Source of the DNA: Candidatus Krumholzibacteriia bacterium
GTDB taxonomy: Bacteria > Krumholzibacteriota > Krumholzibacteriia > WVZY01
Direction of reading: 5' to 3'
Length of the DNA: 60,391 bases
NCBI GenBank assembly: GCA_036478295.1
Contig: JAZGDW010000093.1
Coordinates: 1 to 60,391 of the forward strand
In this document: positions 18,248 to 25,622 of the stretch, piece by piece
How positions within the stretch are numbered: position 1 is the stretch's first letter
Layout of the letters: each line of letters begins with the position of its first letter
Notes under the pieces: generated by a model
What the model saw: only the letters and a program-made list of their open reading frames with translations
The model's database searches: none
Told to the model about the DNA's origin: nothing
Program-made: the position numbers and the translations under genes

Positions 18248-18430
18248 AAAGCTTTGCTGTTTAGAGTGTTACGGCACACCATAGCTTCAGCGTCGGTAGA
18301 AGTCAAGGCAAATGGGCTCGAGCGGTCCCGGACAGGATCGAACCCCGGGGCACCGGTGGGAAAACCTAGAAGGTGAATCATTTTCATGGTATTTTAGGTT
18401 TTCTTGAGAAAAGCTCCCGAAAGGATATAG

Positions 18431-21355
18431 ATGAAACGTTTCACTTGCGCGCTCTTGTTTCTGGCGTTTGCGTGGCCGGCGGCGGGCGCATCGCAGGATT
18501 ATTTTCAACAGTTCGTCCATTATACGATTCGCGTCAGACTGGACACCGGCAATCATAAGTTGTCGGGCACGGAAACCATAACCTACATCAACAACTCGCC
18601 GGATACCCTCCGACAGTTCTATCTCCATCTTTATCCGAACGCGTACCGTTCCAAGGAATCTGCGCTCATGAAAGACGTGCGCCGGAGGCTGAACGGCACA
18701 CTCTTCGATCTCCCCGAAAAGCACCGCAGCCATCTCAATATCTCCGAGGTCACGATCGACGGCAAGACAGTAACGCCGGAGGTCGACGACACCGTCGCGC
18801 GGATGGATCTTCCCACACCCCTGGCGCCCGGGGAATCGATGAAGATTTTCCTCCGTTTCGAAGAGAAGGTGCGGCGCCACCTGGGGCGCGCAGGATACCG
18901 GGACAAACATTACGACTTGGCCCAGTGGTACCCCAAGGTCGTCGTTTACGATGAAAAAGGTTTTCATCCGGACAAGTTCCGGCTGGGCGAGTTTTATGGA
19001 GAGTTCGGCACGTTCGACGTTCACATCGAAGTACCCCAGAACTACGTTATCGCTGCCACGGGAATGGTCGCAGACGGCGACCCCGGCTGGTCGCTCAACC
19101 CTCCATCGGGCAAGTCGAAAAAGAACAAAGAGAAGACAGACGAATCGACATACAAGACGGTTCACTTTCATGCCGAGAACGTGCACGATTTCGCGTGGAG
19201 TGCGGACCCGAACTTTGTCGTGCAGGATACGACGGTCAGCGGTATCGAAATCCGCAGCTTTTATCGCAAGCACAACAAAGCCTGGCGCGACAGCTCTCTG
19301 GCACACGGCGTGCGGGCCATCAACTGGTTGTCGGAAAAGGTCGGGATGTATCCCTATCCCCAGGTCAGCATCGTGGACGCGCTGTTGGGCGGGGGCATGG
19401 AGTACCCCATGCTCGTCATGGACGGACGCGTAAGCGAGGGACTCGTCGTGCACGAGATCGGCCATATCTACTTCTTCGGCATCTTCGGAAACGACGAAAG
19501 AGAAGAGGCCTGGCTCGACGAGGGCTTCACGACTTTTCAAACCAGCTGGTACATGCAGGATCGGTATGGGCCGTACGGCATCACGCGGAAATGGAACTGG
19601 TACCAGCGCATGACGCCGCAGTTCACCGAGATGGCCCGCATGCGCGGCAGGGTTTTTCCCCTGCTGAGACTCGGCTACGGCGAACGGGTATCCACCCGGG
19701 CGGAAGACTTCGAGCACGATTACTACACGATGGTTTATCGCAAAGCGGCTCTGATGTTTTTTGCGCTGCGCTACGTCGTGGGCGAAGGGGTGTTCGACGA
19801 CATCCTCGAGAAATACTTTGAGGAATGGAAACTCAAGCACGTCAACGAGGCCCGCTTCCAACAGGTGTGCGAAGAGGTCAGCGGCCAGGATCTTGGTTGG
19901 TTTTTCGAGGAATGGCTGCACACGAAGAAGAAGTGCGACTACCGGTTGGCGGAGATGAAGACCAGCGCCAGCGAGCGAGGTGACGCCTATACCACCCGGC
20001 TCAGAATCGAAAGGGTGGGTGAAATGATCATGCCGCTGGCCGTGGAATTCACCTTCGCGGACGGATCCACCCAGACGGTGAAGGTCGATGGGCGCCTGCG
20101 CACCATAAACAAGTCGTACAACTTTCCCGAAAAGCCAGTTCGGGCGGTGATCAACCCCGCGAACGAAATCGCTGATATGAAACCCTGGGACAACTATGCG
20201 CCGAAGCGGCGCGCGCTGACCATCGACTGGCCGAACAACAATCACTACCGGGAGGACGCGTACCAGATACGGTACCGACCGGAAGGTTGGTACAACGATG
20301 TCGACGGCGGCAAGGCGGGAATCCATTTGAGTGGGAGTTACGCGAACTGGTTCCGGCGCGTGAAGCTCGGGCTATACTACGGTGTCAAGAGTGAGCGGTT
20401 TGATTATTCGGTGTCCTACGCCAAGCCCATACGCCTCTTCAGCGCGAATGGAGACCTTGGGCTGTCCGCGTACAAAATGGAGGGGCGCCGCGATTTCACG
20501 TTTCGTGTGAACCTGAGGAGGAGAAAGTTCCTCGTCCGTCCGCCCACGAAAGAATTCGATTTCGGCGTGAACTACCATGAACTCACGAACCCGCGCTTCG
20601 TCGCCAATCCGGAAACCTACCAGGTCGAGGGGGAGGTGACGCCGTTCTTCAGCTTCGCGCTGGACCCGCAGTACGACGTCCTCCGCACGAAATTCAAGGT
20701 CGGAGTGAAATTCGGCCGGGAATGGTTTGGCGGGGACTACAAGTATACGAAGCTGGCTGCTTCGGCGGTTTTCAAGACCCGGACGGAGATTGTGCCCTTT
20801 GACGGACGGCTGCGCCTGTTCGCCGGAACCGTCAGCGGCAGCGCGCCATTCCAGCAGAAATTCTCGCTGGCCGGCGGCGGGCCGCTCGCCGAAGAGCGGC
20901 GGTTTTTCCTGCGCAGTCCGGGGGCGATCTGGGACGAGGCCAACTACCACCAGCCCGGCCACGCGAACCTCCGCGGATATCTCGAGGGCACCTTCGGCGT
21001 CAACGAGATCGTGGCCCTCAACCTGGAGTTGGGACGGACGATCCCCGTTCTGTCCCGCGCGCCCGACAAGCTGCTCGGCAAGATCAGGGCGTACGCGTTC
21101 CTGGACGCCGGAAAGACCTCGGACAACGACAACCCCATCGGTACCAGCCAGCGCATACAGGCGCTGGCAGACAACAATGTCCTGGAGGAAACGCTCGTGG
21201 ATGCGGGAATCGGGTTTACCTTCCACCGGATCTTCCCGTTCTACGACGCCTTCGTGCGCTTCGATATACCCTTCTACGTGAACACCCCGCAGATCAACGG
21301 CGAGAGCAAAGAGACCGAGTACCGTTACGTCCTCAGCCTGACGTCATCGTTCTGA
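18431..21355 (+). CDS. M1-family zinc metallopeptidase fused to a C-terminal Omp85/BamA-type outer-membrane beta-barrel
   Basis: Signal peptide MKRFTCALLFLAFAWPAAGA. Exopeptidase-type motif GGGMEYP. HEIGH-X18-E (HEIGHIYFFGIFGNDEREEAWLDEG). C-terminal ~400 aa has Omp85 hallmarks: FSLAGGGPL...HANLRGYLEG...IVALNLELGRTIPV...IRAYAFLDAGKT. Ends in ...RYVLSLTSSF (terminal Phe). Confidence 0.85.
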   Translation: MKRFTCALLFLAFAWPAAGASQDYFQQFVHYTIRVRLDTGNHKLSGTETITYINNSPDTLRQFYLHLYPNAYRSKESALMKDVRRRLNGTLFDLPEKHRSHLNISEVTIDGKTVTPEVDDTVARMDLPTPLAPGESMKIFLRFEEKVRRHLGRAGYRDKHYDLAQWYPKVVVYDEKGFHPDKFRLGEFYGEFGTFDVHIEVPQNYVIAATGMVADGDPGWSLNPPSGKSKKNKEKTDESTYKTVHFHAENVHDFAWSADPNFVVQDTTVSGIEIRSFYRKHNKAWRDSSLAHGVRAINWLSEKVGMYPYPQVSIVDALLGGGMEYPMLVMDGRVSEGLVVHEIGHIYFFGIFGNDEREEAWLDEGFTTFQTSWYMQDRYGPYGITRKWNWYQRMTPQFTEMARMRGRVFPLLRLGYGERVSTRAEDFEHDYYTMVYRKAALMFFALRYVVGEGVFDDILEKYFEEWKLKHVNEARFQQVCEEVSGQDLGWFFEEWLHTKKKCDYRLAEMKTSASERGDAYTTRLRIERVGEMIMPLAVEFTFADGSTQTVKVDGRLRTINKSYNFPEKPVRAVINPANEIADMKPWDNYAPKRRALTIDWPNNNHYREDAYQIRYRPEGWYNDVDGGKAGIHLSGSYANWFRRVKLGLYYGVKSERFDYSVSYAKPIRLFSANGDLGLSAYKMEGRRDFTFRVNLRRRKFLVRPPTKEFDFGVNYHELTNPRFVANPETYQVEGEVTPFFSFALDPQYDVLRTKFKVGVKFGREWFGGDYKYTKLAASAVFKTRTEIVPFDGRLRLFAGTVSGSAPFQQKFSLAGGGPLAEERRFFLRSPGAIWDEANYHQPGHANLRGYLEGTFGVNEIVALNLELGRTIPVLSRAPDKLLGKIRAYAFLDAGKTSDNDNPIGTSQRIQALADNNVLEETLVDAGIGFTFHRIFPFYDAFVRFDIPFYVNTPQINGESKETEYRYVLSLTSSF

Positions 21356-21599
21356 CGGCGTGCGCAGTTGAAAGCGGCCCGATGCGGGACCGAGTCAGGG
21401 GGGACACCCGTTGGGTTGTCGACAGAGCCGTCGCGGGAACGAGCGAGGATCACCCGCCGCAGGCGGGTAGCCGAGCGAAGTGGAGCGCGGCGAGGGAGAC
21501 TAATCCAACGGGTGTCCCCCCCCAGGCGAGTAGCCGAGCGAAGTGGAGCACGGCGACGGAGGCAATCCAACAGACGCCCTCAGAACGATGACGTCAGGC
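21336..21599. repeat. composite palindromic element between convergent genes: 26-bp outer inverted repeat, 17-20-bp inner inverted repeat, two tandem ~50-bp direct repeats
   Basis: Outer arms 21336-21361 (gcctgacgtcatcgttctgacggcgt) and 21574-21599 match in 25 of 26 positions. Inner arms 21398-21414 (ggggggacacccgttgg) and 21505-21521 are perfect. Direct repeats 21460-21509 and 21523-21571 share caggcgRgtagccgagcgaagtggagcRcggcga..aatccaac. The outer arms overlap both genes' stop codons. Confidence 0.8.
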
Positions 21600-22706
21600 A
21601 AGGATCTCTTTGACCACGGCGACCACCTTGTCCACCATCCCATCGGTCAGTTCCGGGTACACCGGCAGTGAAATGATTTCATCCGCCGCTTGCTCCGCCA
21701 CGGGAAAGTCTCCCTTCTTCAGCCCGAGATGCTCGTACGCCTCCTGGAGGTGAAGCGGCAGCGGATAATGAATGCCGCACGCAATGTGCCTCGCCTCCAG
21801 TTCTTTGAGCAGTTTTTCCCGTTCCGGAGTTCGCACCACATATAAGTGATAGACGTGCAGACAGTCGGGCGCCTCATGTACCGGGCGAACCGGTCCATCC
21901 GCGAACGCCTCGTCGTAGCGCTTCGCACGGCTGCGCCGCAGTCGCGTCCACTCGTCGAGGTGCTTCAGCTTCACGTCGAGAATCGATGCCTGCAGCGTGT
22001 CGAGGCGGTAGTTGAAACCCTCCCTCCGGTGGTGATACTTGCCCTGACGACCGTGGTCGACAAGCATTCGCATGTGGGCCGCGAGTTCTTCGTCGTCCGT
22101 GACCGCCATACCGGCGTCTCCGTATGCGCCGAGGTTCTTGCCCGGGTAGAAGCTGTAGCAAGAGACCACTCCGTGGATTGCCTTGCGGCTGTTTTTGTAC
22201 TCGGCGCCGTGAGCCTGCGCTGCGTCCGCGATTATCTTGACGTCGTGCCGCTGGGCGACGTCCCGCAACGCGTCCATATTTGCGCTCTGTCCGTACAGGT
22301 GCACGGGCATTATCGCCTTGGTGCGCGGCGTGATTGCCTCCTCGACCTTCTGCGGATCGATGTTCAGGGTCGCCGGCAGTACATCGACCAGCACCGGCAT
22401 CGCACCGCTCTGACTGATAGCCGCCGTAGTGGCGATAAAAGTATTACAAGCGGTAATCACCTCGTCACCGCGGCCGATCTCCAACCCTTCGAGTGCCAGG
22501 TGCAGCGCGGTGGTGCCGCTGCTCGTCCCGACGCCGTAGCGCACGTCTACGTACTGTGCGAAATCGCTCTCGAACTCCTCCAGCTTCTCGCCGCCGATAA
22601 AACGGGTGGTCTCCAGCGTCTCGCATATCGCGCGATCGATGTCGTCGCGGATGCTCACGTACTGAGCTTTCAAGTCGACAAATGGAATCTTCATGATTGG
22701 AGTCAA
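21594..22706 (-). CDS. DegT/DnrJ/EryC1/StrS-family PLP-dependent sugar aminotransferase
   Basis: 370 aa. FESDFAQYV, GTSSGTTALHLAL, and the PLP-lysine region CYSFYPGKNLGAYGDAGMAVT are typical of ArnB/WecE/PglE-type enzymes. Confidence 0.9.
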   Translation of the reverse strand: MTPIMKIPFVDLKAQYVSIRDDIDRAICETLETTRFIGGEKLEEFESDFAQYVDVRYGVGTSSGTTALHLALEGLEIGRGDEVITACNTFIATTAAISQSGAMPVLVDVLPATLNIDPQKVEEAITPRTKAIMPVHLYGQSANMDALRDVAQRHDVKIIADAAQAHGAEYKNSRKAIHGVVSCYSFYPGKNLGAYGDAGMAVTDDEELAAHMRMLVDHGRQGKYHHRREGFNYRLDTLQASILDVKLKHLDEWTRLRRSRAKRYDEAFADGPVRPVHEAPDCLHVYHLYVVRTPEREKLLKELEARHIACGIHYPLPLHLQEAYEHLGLKKGDFPVAEQAADEIISLPVYPELTDGMVDKVVAVVKEILA

Positions 22707-22881
22707 ACCCTTCGAAAAGCTAGTGGATCAACGAGGCCGTCTTTTGATCGTAACATATCCAATTCCATTGAGCAATACAGCTTACGCCGGAGCGAGACCG
22801 TGGATTCGATTGACAACCTGCGACCGCAACCGATACACTGTTGTTCATCAGCCTGTCCGACCCTTCGCCAAAGGAAGTTCG

Positions 22882-24054
22882 ATGACGCCGGAGCGGCGCA
22901 CGATCCTCATCCTCTTTGCAATCGCCCTGGGCGTTCGCGTCCTCTACGCGGCTTTCGCCGGCACCCAACCAGACATCATGTCGGGCACCGTCACCGGAGA
23001 GCTGAACTACGCGAAGAAGATCGCATCGGGGCTCGAGTGGATCAAGACGCCCTCATCGCCCTTGTCACCAGGCTATCCCGTACTGCTCGCGCTGTTCTAC
23101 CTCGTATCGTTCAAACAACTGTGGATGGTCCTCTTCTTTCAATCCGCCCTGGGAGCAGCAACCGTTCTGCTTCTGCATCGCATGGGCGTCGATCTCCTCG
23201 GCAAGACCATGGGGCTGATCGCGGCGCTGTGGTTCGCCGCCTCCGTGTTGCACATGCAATACTCGAGCCTTTTCACCCGTGACGTACTCGCGGTTTTTCT
23301 GTTCCTCCTCACCATGTTCTTGATCGGCCGTCCACTCAAGAGGATGCGTTTCGCGGTCGTGACCGGCATCGCCTATGCCGCTCTCATCCACGTCGATCCT
23401 CAGTTCGTACTCCTTTTTCCCCTGTTCGCCGTCTTTATTCTGCTATTCAAGAGCCGGTACAACATTCTGAACCTGCAGTACTTCTTCTTGTTCGCTTCAA
23501 CCGTGTTTCTGGTCTCGGCGCCGTGGACGATTCGCAATCAGGTTGTCTACAGACAGGTTCTGCCCGTGTCCCTGGAGGCTTCGAAGTATTTTCGCCCGCT
23601 CAAGGTGTTTGTTTCAGAAAAAGAAAAGACTATCACGAGTATCGAACAGAGAATCGGCACAGCGTCGCGCACACGGCGCATCCAGACGAATACGATGGAG
23701 TTCTGGCGTTTTGCGAGGTTTGCGGACGCGCCAAACAACGGACCCGCGGGGGCGGCACCGGCCGAACCAGCCTGGTCGCTACGTCACAATCTCATCAGCA
23801 TCGTGAGTTATGGCTTGTTGCTGCCCTTTTTCCTGGTCGGAATGTTTCTCGCGATAAGAAAGAGGGCACGACCCGTACTGATGATCGGGGCAACGGTGCT
23901 GATCTATTATGTAATGAGAGCCTACCTCGGCGGCGGTGAGAGAGCCCGGCTTCTTGCCGATCCGTTGATCATATTGATTGCGTTTTACGGAATTGTCTCT
24001 TTGACTCGTGGTTTTTCTTCCCAGGTCGAGACCACAAACGAACAGAGTCAGTGA
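22882..24054 (+). CDS. GT-C fold membrane glycosyltransferase (GT39 / ArnT-PMT_2-like), short form
   Basis: The ATG at 22882 is preceded by aaggaag. MTPERRTILILFAIALGVRVLYAAF... ~390 aa, polytopic, with ...SPGYPVLLALFYL... Divergent from the DegT aminotransferase. Confidence 0.6.
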   Translation: MTPERRTILILFAIALGVRVLYAAFAGTQPDIMSGTVTGELNYAKKIASGLEWIKTPSSPLSPGYPVLLALFYLVSFKQLWMVLFFQSALGAATVLLLHRMGVDLLGKTMGLIAALWFAASVLHMQYSSLFTRDVLAVFLFLLTMFLIGRPLKRMRFAVVTGIAYAALIHVDPQFVLLFPLFAVFILLFKSRYNILNLQYFFLFASTVFLVSAPWTIRNQVVYRQVLPVSLEASKYFRPLKVFVSEKEKTITSIEQRIGTASRTRRIQTNTMEFWRFARFADAPNNGPAGAAPAEPAWSLRHNLISIVSYGLLLPFFLVGMFLAIRKRARPVLMIGATVLIYYVMRAYLGGGERARLLADPLIILIAFYGIVSLTRGFSSQVETTNEQSQ

Positions 24055-25583
24055 TTCTCGCGGAGATCGCGGCCGGTCATTTCAGCGGGAACGTCGACAC
24101 CCATGTAATGGCACATGGTCGGGGCGATTTCTTTCAACGAGCCCCCGTGGATGAGCTTGCCGGTGTAGTGTTTGTCAACGAGTATGCACGGCACGGGGTT
24201 TGTGGTGTGCGCCGTGTGCGGTCCGCCGGTCTCAGGGTCGACCATCAGTTCGGCGTTGCCGTGGTCCGCGGTGACGATGGCCGCGTCTTGTTCGAGGTCG
24301 AGCGCGTCGATCACCCGTCCGACACAGGTGTCCACCGTCTCCACGGCGGTTACCGCGGCGGCGAGAACGCCCGTGTGCCCCACCATGTCGGGATTGGCAA
24401 AGTTGCAGACCACGTAATCGTGCCGCTTCCTCGCCAACGTGTGAATCAAAGTGTCGGTGACTTCCGTCGCGCTCATGTCGGGCTTCAAGTCGTAGGTCGC
24501 CACCTTCGGTGACGGTATCAGTACCCTGTCTTCCCCCGTGAACGCCTCCTCGACACCGCCGTTAAAAAAATACGTCACGTGCGCGTATTTTTCCGTCTCC
24601 GCGAGCCGGAATCCTTTGAGACCCGCGGCCGCCGCGACGCCGCCGAGGATGTTTTTCATCTGGTCGGGCGGAAAAGCCACCGGCAGCGTAAGACGCTTGT
24701 CGTATTCCGTCATGCACACGAACTCGATCTTCGGCTGGACGCGGCGTGTAAACCCTTCGAAGCGGGTGTCCTTCAAGGCAGCTGTCAGCTGCCTGGCCCG
24801 GTCCGCCCGGAAATTGTAGAAGATGACGGCGTCACCGTCCCGCACGTTGCCGACCGGCTCCCCCTCGTCGTCGACCACGACGATGGGCTCAACAAATTCG
24901 TCGGTGACTTCCCTGTCGTACGATTCTTGCAGCGCCGCCGGGTAGTCGGTGACACGGACTCCCTTACCGAGCGTGAGCGCGTCGTAGCCCTTCTGGGTCC
25001 TCTCCCAACGTTTGTCACGATCCATGGAGAAGTAGCGGCCGGTCACCGTCGCCACCTGACCGACCTTTTTCTCGTCGAGCGCGGCCTGCAGATCGGAGAG
25101 AAAACGCTTTCCCCCGGTCGGTGACGTGTCCCGGCCGTCGAGGAACACGTGGATGCGCACCCCACCCGCGCCCCGCCTCCTCGCCATTTCCAGCAGTGCG
25201 TACAGATGCTCTTGCGTGCTGTGCACGCCTCCCGTCGAGAGCAGTCCCATCAGGTGAAGCGTGCCGCCGTCTCGCACTGCCTCGAAGGCGTGGACCAACG
25301 CCGGGTTTTCAAAAAACTCCGCGCGCTCGATCGACGTGGATATGCGCATGATGTTCTGGTAAACGACGCGGCCTGCACCGAGGTTGAGATGGCCGACCTC
25401 GCTGTTTCCCATCTGGCCGGGGGGCAGTCCCACCTCGGTGCCCGAGGGGTCCAGGGTCGTGTGCGGATACTGCGCCCACAGGCGGTCAACGACGGGAGTC
25501 GCGGCCTGCGCCACCGCGTTCGCGTCGGTGTCGCGTCTCAGACCCCATCCGTCCATTATCAGCAGGACGATTCTTCTTCTCAC
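24048..25583 (-). CDS. gpmI: 2,3-bisphosphoglycerate-independent phosphoglycerate mutase
   Basis: LLIMDGWGLR, GNSEVGHLNLGAGR, ADHGNAE. 511 aa full length. Its stop overlaps the convergent GT39-like gene by 7 nt. Confidence 0.95.
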   Translation of the reverse strand: MRRRIVLLIMDGWGLRRDTDANAVAQAATPVVDRLWAQYPHTTLDPSGTEVGLPPGQMGNSEVGHLNLGAGRVVYQNIMRISTSIERAEFFENPALVHAFEAVRDGGTLHLMGLLSTGGVHSTQEHLYALLEMARRRGAGGVRIHVFLDGRDTSPTGGKRFLSDLQAALDEKKVGQVATVTGRYFSMDRDKRWERTQKGYDALTLGKGVRVTDYPAALQESYDREVTDEFVEPIVVVDDEGEPVGNVRDGDAVIFYNFRADRARQLTAALKDTRFEGFTRRVQPKIEFVCMTEYDKRLTLPVAFPPDQMKNILGGVAAAAGLKGFRLAETEKYAHVTYFFNGGVEEAFTGEDRVLIPSPKVATYDLKPDMSATEVTDTLIHTLARKRHDYVVCNFANPDMVGHTGVLAAAVTAVETVDTCVGRVIDALDLEQDAAIVTADHGNAELMVDPETGGPHTAHTTNPVPCILVDKHYTGKLIHGGSLKEIAPTMCHYMGVDVPAEMTGRDLRENH

Positions 25584-25622
25584 GTGCTTACATCCCTCAC
25601 GTCCCGCTTCACCATAATCGGG

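Noticed and set aside
18325-18365. tRNA-like GGATCGAACC (reverse complement GGTTCGATCC) T-loop signature in the intergenic region upstream of the M1-Omp85 gene
   Set aside because: Flanking bases do not form a 5-bp T-stem (CGGGG versus CTGTC gives only 3 acceptable pairs). No complementary acceptor stem or anticodon arm could be built. This is a chance match or, at most, a decayed remnant.
18287-20326. 679-aa minus-strand ORF, one of the longest in the track
   Set aside because: It lies entirely antisense to the M1-Omp85 gene, which has clear catalytic motifs. Its translation is Arg/Pro/Gly/His-rich with no motifs. This is a typical GC-rich shadow ORF.
21460-21571. Tandem ~50-bp repeats considered as a CRISPR array, a DGR template/variable repeat pair, or a retron msr/msd
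   Set aside because: There are only two contiguous copies with no spacers, and no cas or reverse-transcriptase gene nearby. The mismatches are not adenine-specific in one copy, and the repeats are too short for DGR TR/VR.
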